Shown: positions 11,521-24,977 of the stretch, in pieces | Position numbering within the stretch: the stretch's first letter is position 1 | Layout: each line of letters starts with the position of its first letter | DNA from: Moniliella sp. 'wahieum' | Taxonomy: Eukaryota | NCBI GenBank assembly: GCA_003971905.1 | Contig: RSEE01000031.1 | Span: forward strand, 62,001-126,000 | Reading direction: 5' to 3' | Length of the DNA: 64,000 nt | Notes under the pieces: model-generated | What the model saw: the letters and a program-made list of their open reading frames with translations, nothing else | What the model was told of the DNA's origin: nothing | Database searches by the model: none | Made by a program: the position numbers and the translations under genes

Positions 11521-12946
11521 ATGGATTCCCTAGGCCACTCTACCCCTTCAGCTCTTTCCATTGCCCTCCCCTCGACCAGCCTCGCCAGAACTGAGCTCTT
11601 TCCTGTCTCCGTCCCATCCTCTTCTGATGGACATGTGATGCCACCCTATGTTTTGCTTCCCTCGCAAGAAACTATGGTCGACCGTTACGCGTCAATGACC
11701 ACAATGGTACGTCAATCGATCTCTCCTTCATCCTTCGCTCAACTTACTGATCCGTTTTCTGCCGGTTGTGTCTATCACAGGAAAAGTTCATGGATCAGGG
11801 GGCATACACCGCGCAGGATGGCACACGTGTGGCTCCATCTTGGGCCAACGGACCAACCACCACATCCGCCCCAGCCATGGCTGTGTTGGAAGGTTCAGCA
11901 ACTTTCCTTCCAACCACTTCACTTCCTCCCATCTCCCCGCCCGGGAGCATAAACCACAATACGTTCCAGCCGCTTCAGCTCCGGTCACGCCCGTCCTATG
12001 CAGCGGACATGATCATTAGTAATGGCGACCAGCCTGCCTTTCCAAATGCACCGAGGGAAGTGATGTCTTCACCTCTAGGCGGATGGACCATACCATTTTC
12101 CCGCTCTTCCTCGGTACCGGATCTCGGCGTCAACGAGTCCGTATCCTGGGTGTCTACTCCATCGACCGAGCGTGGGACAACAGGATCCAAAAGCATTCCC
12201 ATCGCAGGAAGAAGAACCATTTTGTCGATCCGAACCGGGTAGAATGACGACCTTCGCCTCGTCCCCTGAGCAACCAGATTCATTATCCACTCACCTTTGC
12301 GCGGGGTGCGAAAGCGAAGCGAACGAGGCCGAGGACGAAACGCAAGTACAAGTACACGCGCAGTCGGACCGGGTGCTTGGTGTGCCGGAAACGGAAGGTT
12401 AAGTGCCCGCAAGATGGAAGCCCTTGCTCCCTGTGTTCGAGGGGGCCGGGCCTGTGTATATATGGGGGAACGTCACCCTCCTATGGCGATTCCGGCATGG
12501 CCTCGATCTCGTCCTGTTCTCTCCCCCTACCTGAGTCTGTGCCTCACTTGGGCCCCACGGCAACCGAATTCTCGACTGCAGGTTCGGTAAACGGCACTGT
12601 GCCGGACAGGTCGACAATGACGGTGGATTCGATGGCCATGAGTCATTCTCTATCCCCCGAAGGGGAATTGGGAGAGAAGGAATGGAGCACGTGGCCAACA
12701 CCGAATACCAATCTGGAGAGAACAGTGGGTGCATGGCCCACTGCTACCAATCGTGGGGCAGAGCAGGCATGTGCCTCGCTTTTAACGGATCCCTCCATCG
12801 ATCCACTAACGATTCCTGATTTGGGTGAGGTATGGGCGACTAAGAGTGCTGGCCGCTTTACTGCAGCGGAAAACTTCCGCTTATCGCGTGTACCCCCGAC
12901 CGAAATTTGGCTGTGGCAGGAAGCCGACAGCTCCTGTGGAAAGTGA
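11521..12946 (+). CDS. Zn(II)2Cys6 fungal transcription factor
   Basis: RTKRKYKYTRSRTGCLVCRKRKVKCPQDGSPCSLCSRGPGLCIY matches Cx2Cx6Cx6Cx2Cx6C (~12350-12465); ATG 11521; intron at about 11707-11779; frame disruptions near 12240-12295; end approximate. Confidence 0.85.
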
Positions 12947-14056
12947 GGAGTTGTGGGGTCCCCACCTCTTCGCAAAACTGTACTATACACCCTCGCTTCT
13001 TTCGTCTCCTTTCTCATCCTAAACCCTTCTCCCTGTGCAAACCACTACTATCCTCTTTCTTGGAAAGTTGCGCTCGTTTCGTGACCCCAAAGATGCTCTC
13101 GTGAAGAGAAAGTGTGAAACGCCGGAGGATTGTACTCGGCTTCCCTCTTTCAAAGGTCATATCGACTCTCTTTCCCATCTTGTCCTTGTTGTGTTGTCGG
13201 TGCCCTGCTCTCCGTTTAACTGCGGTTTAATATAGTCTACCGCTGCCTGTTGCGCTGTTTTTCCCCTCTCTTACTGTACCCCTTTTTTCTGCCGTGGTTT
13301 ATCGGCGCCTTTTATTCTTTTTGTATGATTTCTTGCTCTCTCTCAGTGTGTTGTCCTTGTCCCTGTCTCTCATGGTACTGCCTCTGTCGTCTAGGGCCCG
13401 TACGTGTCCGTTCGCGTGCATACACGGGCCCAGCCGTACCACGATTATCAACGAGATCGATGATGTTGGTGTATAGCCTTTGCGCTCAATCTTTTGTATG
13501 TTCCTCTCTCGATATCGATCCCTTTTCTGGTTTCACGTTCATAGTGCATACAATATGTTGTGTTATCCTCGCAGAGGAACAAGGAAGGATTATATGAGAA
13601 TGTCAATGCCGATGGTTGGGTGCTTTGGTGGGGCACATGCCTCAAGTGAAGGCCGGAAATAAGTAACAGCGACAGCACGAGTAGCCACTGTGCCCTGGTG
13701 TGTAGTCTATCTGCGATGGGTGCCTCGTTCGGGGAGTTTCGATCGCTTGACTCATTCTGGGCTACTCCTTTGCTGGCTCAACCTCACTCAGTCATATAAA
13801 ACCCATCTCATGCAAACGCGACGATAATAGTCTCGGAACCAAAAGTGATGGAACTATAGGTAGTCTACTAGTGTTGGGGTATAAGGTCGTCATTATCCCC
13901 CGGACCAAATCCTGGGAAGTTGCGGGATGCCCTCCCTCCCATCACCAAATGAAACGGCTTGGTTGTGCTCATCAGAAAAGAGACCCAAGTCCAGCCATCT
14001 TGTCCCTCTTTATTTGGACCCCAGTTCATCAGTCCTACCTGCTTAGTAGGCATCAC

Positions 14057-14890
14057 TGTCACGGGCTGCGGCGGCCACGAGATGGTCCGACCCAAGCTAA
14101 GGCCCGCCTGCTCCGCACATGCCCAGTAGAGCGTGCTCCGCAGGCCAACCGAGTGTGATGATGGTTGGCTAAATTAAGTATCGTGGCCGAAGGGCCATGC
14201 TCCGTGCGACAATAGTCGCCTCCCGCCCAAGTCCAAGTCGGCTGACCTAAATAGGGCCGCCGAGCTTCCAGCGCCGTGTGTCGCCCCGTCCCCGTTTCCT
14301 TTTCCTTTCTCGGTCGTGCCTGGGGCGACCACCCCCGCTTTTGACTTGTCTTCCTTTCTACACCCCCTCTTGTATCCGTTTCCCTTTTGATTTGCCTGTA
14401 CCCCTGGTTGATGGGGATCTTTTCCACCACCTTCCATTCTCGTCATCTCGTCCTTTCCCGCCTATCCTGTCCGACTCCTGCCCGTTTTCCAGCCAATTGG
14501 TCCAGTACAGGCAGCTTCCTTGTTAGCGTCCGATTGCTCCTCCGACCTCGTCCTCCAGCAATTCGTCAGTCCAGTCGCGCGAGCCCTCCTTTGGTCGCGT
14601 CGATTTCCAGTATCCATCCAGTCTCAGTTGAGGCAGTGTTGACCGCCGCCGCCTCCTCCCGTCCCCAAGTCCCGGAGGCTTCAGACACGTTACTACGGCC
14701 CAAGCCGGTGCAGACGCAGCCTTGCCACACGAGCAGCCGCCCCACCAAAGGCCTCTCTTCGTCCGTAGCTCCGCTCGGATTTCCAACTAGCCCAAGCCCG
14801 AAACTACCGTAATGATTCGACCTACCGTCGCCTAAGGGATCGTACCCCAAAACCCCAGGGCGGGCCCCCTGACGGCGCCCGCCCGTGACA
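14057..14890 (-). mobile_element. solo LTR (834 bp), inverted relative to the 10298 copy, 5-bp TSD ATCAC
   Basis: Reverse complement aligns along its length to 10298-11146; TGTCACGGGC...GCCCGTGACA ends; ATCAC at 14052-14056 and 14891-14895. Confidence 0.93.
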
Positions 14891-16665
14891 ATCACCCTTC
14901 TTATCCGCCTGGACGCTCCCTCTACTTCCCAGGTACCCTCGCGGCTATATAAGGCCTCATCCTTCTCGTCGCCTCCTTTGCCTCTCCTCAGAACGACAGC
15001 CTTCATTCCCCCCCCCCCCTTTTCAGCGCACAAGTCCATAGTAGAGAGTCGAGATGTGTCGATGAGACTTGATTTTTTTGACAACAGTAAAGCTTTTGAA
15101 GCTATGGAAATGCTGAGTAAGGAAGACGAAGAGATAGTGAGATAGGATCTCGATGCATGTGGCGAGAGATATGCCAATGTGCCTCATTACTAGTTGGATA
15201 GGGTGTAATCGTATGTGAGTGTTTGGCCGAGATGAAGCGCTTGTCTAAATAGTCACAACGTTTGACGCTATGTTGAACAGCTTTTGGTGAGCGCTAACGT
15301 GTTCAACAATTGATTAGATTGGCTTGGAAGATTCGACAGGTGAAACGTCGTTTATCTTATCTCTGAACAAGCGATGCAAAATCCGGAGTGTATAGTGTCG
15401 GACGCGTGACGGAGACTCAGGACCGAACGTACTGGTTGATGAACGGACACAGCTGCTGTACCATGCTGTTGGTGTTGCTCATTCCCTCCATTCCAACACT
15501 TAAGCGCCTAGAGGGGGTAGGGGTGCAGAGGGGGGGGGGGGGGTGCGGGGTGGCAACGGAACGCTTTTGGCACTGTGAGAGAGGATCGATTATCGATTAT
15601 CGATTACTACCAAAAAGTCTGCCATCAGTGCATCAGTCATGCATGTCACTTGTCACCAACAGCACTCGTGACATCATTCATCATGTGCATCATGCATCAC
15701 TAGTCGCTAGCCACTACGCTTGCCACGAGCCCTGGAGTCCGGATATGGTCCTTGAGGATAATGCAATCGCATTGGTGGGTGGTGGTGGTGGTGGTGGTGG
15801 TAGTGGTCTGGGCCAACCAGCAACGCCTACAGAGGAACATCAAGCTTCAAGCTTCAAGCTTCAAGAGCTGGGCGTCCCCAGGGGCTAAAGCTGCGGAACA
15901 AAAAGGAAAACAGGAGAGAAAACAACGCAACTCCTAGGCTTGAGGAGGAACTGGAGGGTCGTTTAGCCCAAGCGCGAGTCCCGGTGACTCAACGCCCATC
16001 CCTCGGGAGAAGGCTGCCGTTTTGGGCCGGAGACCGCGCCGCCGGAGAAGAAAATAGAGGACACCGCAGCCCCCTGCGAGCAAGTTCACTTGGCTCGCCC
16101 AGCTCATGCGTCCTGCTTCCAGATGCAGTGGGGCGGGGCGGGGCAGCGCAGTCCTAGTCAGCGCGGGGCTTTGGACCAGCCGAATACAGACGCACGGGGG
16201 CAGCCTTGTCTCGCCTGCCCGTGTGCCACCGCAGCACAGGCGGGGCGGAGGCAGCGAGGCGCTGTGTGGGTCCAGCGCTTTCACGTGTGACCGACGTGAT
16301 GTGCACCCTTGTACTCCCCCCCTGCCTGCGACTGCGCGGCAGGGGAAGGATGCGGAAATGAAATTAGCCTACGAGTCCTGAGATCCTGAGACCCCAGGCA
16401 GCCAGGAACAGGCGCACAGGGCACCCCGCCCCACGGGGCCAGTGTCATCCATTCATTCGTTGCACGCCACCGACGGCACCAGACTGCACCCAGCCCTCTC
16501 TTGGCTTGCCCCCCCACCTTGGTGCGACGCTCGGCTGGCTTGGTGTGCCGCGCCAGCGCCAACTGCCCCCCCCCCCCCCCCCCCCTGGGCCTCCTCCCAT
16601 CCGCCTGTCGCGCCCCCTCTGCCCACCCCACCACCACCTCTTTGCGTTTCGCCCGTTCTTTCGCC

Positions 16666-18679
16666 ATGCACGCTCTCAGCCCCGAGCAGCCCGTCGCATC
16701 CCCCGACCCGCTTGCCGAGCTGCCTGAGGGCCATCGGCCCGCCATGGGCATCGACCAGCGCATTGCCCACGACACCCACATCAGCGCTGTCTTTGAGCGC
16801 CAGGTGGCCCTGTTAATGCTGAGATCGAGCGCATCGGCTGGGGAAAGTTCAACTGGTGGCTTCTTGCGCAAGCTTCCTATGGCTGGGCTGCCGACAATGT
16901 CGTCTTTGAATGTGCTGCCCTTACGTTGACTCAGGTGCAGATGGAGTGGAACCTCCAACATCCTGAATTCGCCACTGTCGCTCTCTACGTTGGCAATCTG
17001 GTATGCGGAACGCGTGTGTAGATCGGTCATCGTCGAAAACTAACCATGTCTTTTTTTCGTTTCCAGATCGGCACCTTCTCTGGAGCTTCAGCTCAGTGCG
17101 TCCCCATCCCCCCTTCCCTTAAGGCACACCATCGCTTTTTGTGTCCAGGTGCAAATACCTTCTAACCATATTCTCATTTCGAACCGAAGGATGTCATTGG
17201 CCGCCGCTTGAGTTGGAACAACGTGCTCATCACCTCGATCTTTGGCCTGGCCACAGCTGGTGCTCCCAACTTTGTCGGCTATTCTTCTTTGCTCGCCTGC
17301 GTGGGCCTTGGTGTTGGTGGTGCGTAGAGGCTCCTCACCGCGAAGTGCCAACCTCCCACTGACCCTTTTTCATTTGTCAGGTAACCTCCCTGTGGACGGG
17401 ACCCTATTGCTGGAATTCTTGCCGGGCAAGCACCAGTGGATCATTAACTTTTATCGATTTTTTGGGTGTTGGGGCAAACATTTGCGACACTGATTGGCTG
17501 GGCGTTGGTACTCAGTTCACGTGTGCCCAAACTGGGGCTGCACCCGCGCACAAAACATGGGGTGGAGGTACATGTGGATTGTGTGTGCGGGTGTGTGTCT
17601 ACTGTTCTGGGTGGTGCGCTTTTTTCCTCTACCCATCCCCGAGTCACCTAAATTCTGTTATCGCAAGGGGACGAGGTGTGGGGCGCTGATGTGCTACGAT
17701 TTATCGCTGAAGAGAACAAGACGACGTGTGAGCTAACTCTGAGCGATCTTCGGGCCGCTGGGGAGGGGTGGCGCTGGCTACGCCCACAAGCGAGGACGAG
17801 AAGGACGAAAAGAAGAGTTCGGACGAAGGGTGGGACGGCCGTGACAGGAGTTCAGTGTACTTTGCAGAGGAAGACGCAGCGATGGTTCAACTGACTGGGG
17901 CTCCGTTGCGCAAAGCAGTCGTTGGCAACTGGCGTGACACTCCGTCTCTTCTCGCCCCAGCGCCTTCGCCGTTCTGTCGAGGTCGCAGGCGAGTTTTCGC
18001 GGAACACTTTACGGCACTTTTTGCCACGCCTCGCATGGCGTGGAACACGATTGACATCATGCTTATCTGGACCTTGGTATGTGTGTGTTCATCACTCTGT
18101 GGGGCAGGAGGTACAGGACTGACCTTCTTGCCTGTTTCCGAGTTTAGATCGCGTTCAGCTACTGTCTTTACAATGCCTTGATTGGTCTGTACCTCAAGGC
18201 AGCCGGAGCGAACCAGGGTTCCTACACCATCTCGGGGCAGTACGCCCAGATGGTCGAGATTGCCGTGTGGCATCCCAGGCTCGTTCTTTTCCGCGGCGAT
18301 GGCGGAAATCCCATACGTGGGACGGAAGGGCACCATGGCGTTCTGGACGATGCTGTCTGGAGTACTGCTGTTTGGATTTACGACGGCGCGCACGCCGAGT
18401 GCGACACTGGGGTGGTCAACGTCGCAGTCGTTGGCGCAGAATGCCATGTACGCTGTGCTGTATGCCATGTCGTACGAGCTCTTCCCCACCCCGCACCGCG
18501 GTACAGGGGAGGCGCTGGCGATGGGTGCGCAGCGGCTCGGGGATGTGTTTGCGCCGCTGGTGGCAGTGTACACGACGGACTACACAACCCCGGTGATGGT
18601 GTCGGGTGCACTGTTCTTGGTGGCGTCGGTGCTGATGCTGCTGCTTCCGTACGAGACGCGTGGCCGAACGGCCCTATGA
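16666..18679 (+). CDS. MFS transporter (SV2/SVOP-like sugar-transporter family)
   Basis: AEIERIGWGKFNWWLLAQASYGWAADN; GNLPVDGTLLLEFLPGKHQW; YVGRKGTMAFW; YAVLYAMSYELFPTPHRGTG; LLLPYETRGRTAL*; several introns and indels. Confidence 0.9.
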
Positions 18680-19122
18680 ATGGTTTCCGCGTTGACGACT
18701 CTTAACGATGAAATTTGCTCTCATGCGACGGGGGGGAGGAGGGATGGGGGCAGCGGTGGACATGCAGTTGGTATACTCGATTGACTAGCAGCATTGCTAG
18801 ATTATAGGAGGTGCTGGATTATTATAGGTCTACGGCGCTTGTCTTCCATCTTTTGGGACTGGTAACTTGTGGCCATACTCCCTGCCCTTGTCTACACTCC
18901 GGCAAGGTGACACGGGTTTGTGGTTGGGAAGCGGTCACGTGACCCTGTCCAGTCCAGGCCTGCCCTTCCACAGGCATTGTCGTTGATTGACCGGTGCTGG
19001 CCATCATCCATCGATGATCCGACGTTGTGACGCTCTCGGCTCACCGCCATCGCCACTGCCATCGCCCCCGCTACCCACACCACCGCTACCACCGCCATCG
19101 CGGCCGCTGCCACCGCCTCCCC

Positions 19123-22100
19123 ATGGATGCCCTCCCCTCTGCACCCACCGCAGGAGCGGCCAGCATAGCCACCATCGCACTTCCGTCCCCCACCACCCTC
19201 GTCGACCTGCTCGCCGTCCCCATTGGCACCACCCCCGCCATTCCACGGCCACCTCCCAGCTGGTCGCTGCGCTGAATGCCCTGCCCCCCACCCAGGCCCG
19301 CTCAACACGCATGCATCTGCCGCCATTTCCATCGGCCCCAGCCTGGTGCTTGCGCGCATCGCAGCTTCCTCCGACCCAACCCTCGACCCCCCTCCGCTGG
19401 TGAGACGGCCTCTGCTGACGTATACGCCAACATCCTCCAGCCTTCCTCCCTACTGCGGCCGAGGCCGGGAGGCAGCCCATGCACACATTCACACAGCTGT
19501 TGCAGCAGTGGCCAGCGCCTTTGCTGATGCCCACGCTGCCCATCGAGAAGGGGTGCGCGATCGAAGGGAGGCAAGGGCCTCGCACGAAGCCCGGAAACGA
19601 TGGCGAGCCCAAGTTCGCGCTGCCCGCAAGGTCGCAAAGCCCACTCTGTTCCCGATGCTGAACCCAGTGGATCCGCCTCCCCTTCTCGCCGCTGGCCACA
19701 TCGCAGCACCATCTCTCCCCACACGCTCTCCCCCTTTCCCGCTCCCAACTGCCTCCACCACCCCCACCGCGCACCCACCCACATCCATTGGCCCCCATTC
19801 CGCCCAAGCCGCCACCTTGGTGTCGCTCGCTTGTTCTTGTCGCCCCCCTGGTTCTTCCATTCCGCCGCGATTGTCACGATCACTGGAAGATAATGAGAAG
19901 GCAGCAACAGCGGGACGTGACTCTGCATGGCCGTCCTTGCCCTCACGTTCTCCTTCCCCTCCATTAGGGACCTGCATCTTATTCTCTTTTCCCGCGTCAT
20001 CCAGCTCCTTCACACCTCCACTTCCTTCTGGCATGCCTAGCGCGCAAGAAGCGCTTCTTCCTTTTTGGATGCATGGGCTACTCGCCTGTTGATCGAGCAG
20101 GCGATGCGGCACGCTACTGTGCCTGCCATCCCCTCAGCCGCAGGACCACTCTTGGACGCGGGTGCTGGACTCTATGTGGCAGGCGTGCAAGTCAGCCTCT
20201 CGCCACGAAAGAATGGGTAGCAGTGAAGGTACAGAGGGTGGATACCTCCTTCCGTCTTTCTCCACCCATCTCTGCCGCGCCCATCCTCCTACGGTTCGCT
20301 ACGTTATCATGCCAGACTCGTTTCTGCCCATTGTCTTGGGCATCTCCGCTATGCCATCTCCGCCCTTCCCCCCAATGTTGGCAACCGCCTTCCCTGCCCC
20401 CGAAAAGCTCTTAATCTCTTAACGCGGGCGCGCAATACCTTAGAGGCCCTCCATCTGCGGTTACGGAAGCGAGTCCATCCGTTCTCTACCGATTCGCCTA
20501 CTGCGCAGCTCATGGACCGCGATTGGGCCGAGGGCAACTTTCTCCTTCTGGCGGGCGCGGACGAGAAACCTTTATTTGGCCTGCGTCCCTTGTTTTGGGC
20601 CCTGACGCGACTGCCGCCGAATGTCGCGAAGCGTCGAGCACCAAGTCATCCGCCAAAACGGCTGCTGGTCTGTCACTTGCACTTCCTCCCCCTCGACTCC
20701 AAACTGGGCCCGCAAAGTCTTCCGTGGCATCAGTTACGGAATGGCCCAACAAGCTGCTCGCCTGCTCGATGCTCTCTCTCAAACCGAGGTCCGGCGGGGG
20801 CTCGTGGTGGTCCAGACCCGGTTGATCCACCCAAGCCTTCCCCGCTCGAGCCAGAGCCCAGAACAGGGATGGAACCGAGCCAGAGGGGCCGATCGACTTG
20901 TGGGATCAGGTCTCCCCTCTAACTGAGCTGTTGGATTCTACCACGCGGAGGAGAAGGAGAGTCCAGCGATCGCTCAAGCCTTCGGTTCGACCTACGGCTT
21001 TTCCCCTGCTTCTCTCCCCTGGGCCGTCATGCTGCTGAAGGAAGCACACACAGTACCTACCTCACCACCCCTTGTACTCCCGGTGATCTACTTTCCCATC
21101 CCCGTCCGCACGCTACGGAGTCCGAGACCCGACCCCCTTGGCCCGCCTGCTCCCTCCTATCCCGACCCGTCGACGATTCATGCTCCTGTGGCCGCTACGC
21201 CTTCAGGAGTTTCAATGGCGGACATTCCCACGCCACTTCCCTTTGCCGGTACGCCGGTGCCGGTCGCTGGTGGGCCCAGTAGTCCCCATTCGTTCCACAC
21301 CAAGTACATGGACACAGGGAAGTTTGCCTTGACGCAGCTGAAGAAGAGGAACTCACAGAGGAGACGCCAAAGGATGGGGAGGCCAGTCCCCATCGGTCGA
21401 GGGCTCGGATTCACTCGTTGGCGTGCGTGACAAGGACCTGGACCAATCCTGGCTAGTTCGGATGAATCGACTCCGAGTCGGGTTCCAATGCCTCTCCCCG
21501 CTCCCGCTCGCAAAGCTCGGCCACCAGCTTCTCCCTCCCCCCCGAGCCGGTACGCACGCCCTGGTCCGAGGACGACTTGTCCGGTTGAGCCAGTGGGCCG
21601 AGACAGCGATGCACGTGCTGGACAACAAGGCGAGGCGGACTTGGGTTGGATTGCTACTGCAGAAACACATGCTCCTATCCGAGAGGAAAAGGGGGAAATG
21701 GACGTGCCGAACACTCTGACTTTCCCGTCGGAGCGGGGCTCCATACGGTGCCGATCAACTGGGTCGGCCCGCTCTTGGCTAGCACTTTCCTCTCCGGCAG
21801 AGGGCACTACACCCCACACCCCTCTTGCTGGGAGAAAATGATGACCCCCTATGCTTCCCGAGGACCCTTTGGCTTGGGTTGTCGACCAGCTTGGCCTGAT
21901 TCATCACCCTTTGTTTGGGAATGGCCAATTTGCTCGCTACCATCACCTCTGCCCGCAGCGAATTGGGTCTGAAGAGTGAACGAGCTCCTCTCATTGTTTC
22001 CCCTCCTGAGATCAGGACAGGCTTGCACACTGCCCCAGCCACCCTGACCCTATCGTCGGCAGCGTTACGCTTTTGGCCTACATTGGGACTGGCGCCTTTG

Positions 22101-23962
22101 TCAGGTGCCAAGGAAATCACCTCCCTTATCCTTGTTCCCGATGGGGAAGAGGAGGGTCCTAACAAAAGCCGAGGGAAATATGGTTCTGTGCTGGCCTCGG
22201 AGGACGTTGGAAGCAGTGGAAGCATGGCAACGAGCTTATGAGGTATGTTCTTCCCTCTGATAGAAGCGACAGGAGCAGCGGCGTACTAACCTTAACCTAC
22301 GTTCTCAGAGGATGAACCTGGGCCCCTTTGGGATCGTGCAAGACCCGATTCCTGTCCCGAGCAGCACGGCCGGTCCAGCCGGGTGGCTATCGAATGCGGG
22401 GCAGGTAAGCCAGCTGCTGACACGCGTCATCAATGCGATTCACGCCGATCAAGAGCGGCGGGAGGAACAGGCGCGCCATCCTCCTACGTCTCACTTGGGT
22501 CGTGTGCGAACTCGTCCACAGAACGTGCATCCACTCAGCAAAGCCCGACCGCAACTTACCGCGCATCACTACGTCCTTTGGCTTCCTTGCCTCCGAGCCG
22601 GCATCGATCAAGATGTGGGCACGGCAAGTCGGCGCGCTGGAGGCGAGTGTGCGCGCTCATGTGGGGTCGTGTCCAATTGGGCCAAGGATCGGGCCAATGT
22701 GTCGGTGCGTCTACTTTCACCCACCGCCTCGAGCACAGACGCACTCAATTTGTACGAGGCGCTGGGCGAGCGAGCCTGCGGGACGGAGCAACGGCCAATC
22801 CCTTTCCTGAGCCGATCCATTCGGAAGCGGAAACGGTGCCTGCCACCGGAGCCGCGTTCAGTTTGCTCTCCGCGCAATCTGTGCCTATGGATTTCCGCAT
22901 GCGTTGGCCGTTGGCGTTGGGATCCGGGTGCTGCACATTGCCTATGTCGTGGCGCGGAGCCAGGACAAGGTGTGGGTAGCCAGTGTGGATGGACAAGCCG
23001 GCTTGGGACGCGACCTGTGTGCCTGTGGGAACGACGTGGTGCAAGCCGTATGGGACTATACTGTGAAGATCGCCATGCGTCGTGGAGAACGGCAGGCGAT
23101 GGTGGTACTTGCTGCTCTGGACCCTGTTGCCGCGCGAATACTCAGCCTGGGCAGAAGTGATGCGCACCAGCGCCCTGCTTGGGCGGAGAATGTGCTTCTC
23201 CTTCGCCCGTTCCACTCGGTACCTTTCACAATTCCAGTGGAGCTGAGGGCGTCCTGCCGGGGGGCAAATCGGCAGATCTCGATGCCCCCACCACCCGTTT
23301 TGCCATGACCATCCGCCCGCCACGCCCAGGAGGTAAAAGGGGCAAGCCTTCCGTTTCCGTGTCAACCTACCACGATGTGGAGCATGTCAGTTATGCGTAC
23401 CCTCCCGTGCCGTGCGATGCACTTCCCGCCGTGGGAACCCATGGCGTGGTGGACCGCCTTGCTGGCCACCTACCACCTATCCCATCCCGACGTCGGACGA
23501 TGGAAAGGACAATGCCGGGCACTTCCCTTTTGGACGGATGGCAGTGGGGCAGATCGCTTGTTGCCGCTGTGAAGGAGGAGGAGGCTTCCAAGCCGCGAGC
23601 TACTGCGACAGAGTCGACTGCCGAGGCTGGGGATGCAGCTGTGCTCGGCCTGGGCGAGGAAGCGATGGACACTCGGGAGGATGGGGAGGGTGCGACGGAG
23701 GAGCCGGCCGAGGTCGGGGAAGTTTCCGATACCGATGCTGGACCAGGGAATGCAGCCAGGGCGATGCACTGATACGGAGATGGATGCGGATTTGGGTGCG
23801 AAGCCTATGGGTCAACCGACTGGTGCGGAGACGCTGGACCAACTCTTCTCTCTTGCCTTGGCCTCCCTTCATGGGCTTGTCTCTGCCGCGCGCATTCGGC
23901 TGCACCCGACAGCCGAGCTGCCGTGGCACCTCGAGGTGGTACGTCTCTTGCGCGGACTGTAG
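19123..23962 (+). CDS. MED13: Mediator kinase-module subunit 13 (Med13/Ssn2)
   Basis: ALRFWPTLGLAPLSGAKEITSLIL, LHIAYVVARSQDKVWVASVDGQA, VVQAVWDYTVKIA and the terminal HGLVSAARIR...LPWHLEVV resemble conserved fungal Med13 blocks; intron at about 22243-22307; many frameshifts; start tentative. Confidence 0.75.
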
Positions 23963-24977
23963 GGCAGGGGGGGTCCTGTTATTGTATGCCTGATGCATGT
24001 GCGTTATGGCGTTGTTCGATGGTGTGTTTCTTATGATAAGCAAAGCGCTCTCGTATTGCTGTCTTCTCGCAATCCCATGCACCACGTGCATCATGCGTCA
24101 ATGTGTTGCGTCTTCTTCTCACACAACTATATATTTGCTGTTCGGGGTAATCGGTAATGTTGGAGCGAGCGAGCGAGCGAGCGAGCGCTAATGAGCGAAC
24201 AAGACAGGGAAGCCCCCCACAGTGACAGTATATAGTGACCTAGTGACCGGAGTGACCCTGCGCACGCGAGCAAGATCATCCAAAAATAAAACAGTGTGGT
24301 CCAGCCATAGCTGTTACCTGGCGTGGGAACAGCCTAGTACGCTTGCCCCGCGCCAGTCCTTTTGTCCCCTTCGTTCCTGCTCTCCTCTCGCTCTCCATCC
24401 ATCTCCCCCAGGAGGTGAGTCTCACTCATCCAAGGGACGTTACCGTCTCTTAGATCTTATCAGTTTCATGTGAAACATGGGGTGTTTTGTACCCTTTTTG
24501 TACCCCAGCTGCTCGTCCCAGCTCGCTCGCTCCCGGACAGGAGGAGGGGGGCGGTCGTGCGTCCTTCCTGACTCAGTGCCCCCCCTACGCGCCACAACCA
24601 TATGGGCTTAATGCATCCGCGGTACTTCGCAGCACAGCTGTTCTATACACACGTCGCAAAATGGATCTAACTTTTTTTATGTGACACAACTCGCTCCCGG
24701 CCGAGGCGCACACATGGATGCACTTATCCATGTGGTGGAACACTTCGTCTTAAGATGTCGCACCTCCGCCTTCTCTTCCGATCCTGGTAGTGGAGCGGCT
24801 CTCCGTAACTGCAAGCATTTTGTCGTTGTGCATATGGTTCCTGTCCCTGTCCGTTATATCCTCTCTGCGCCGCACCATCAGTCGCTTCCGCGAGTGTCTT
24901 TATATACCTTTTGAGCAACTGCGGGAGAGAATATTCTCTTTCCCACCATCGCCACCACCCCCTTCACTTCTTTTCTT

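Noticed and set aside
10298..14890. One composite DNA transposon with 840-bp TIRs carrying the TF
   Set aside because: The outer flanks differ (AGTAC versus ATCAC) while each repeat has its own TSD, so these are two independent solo LTRs.
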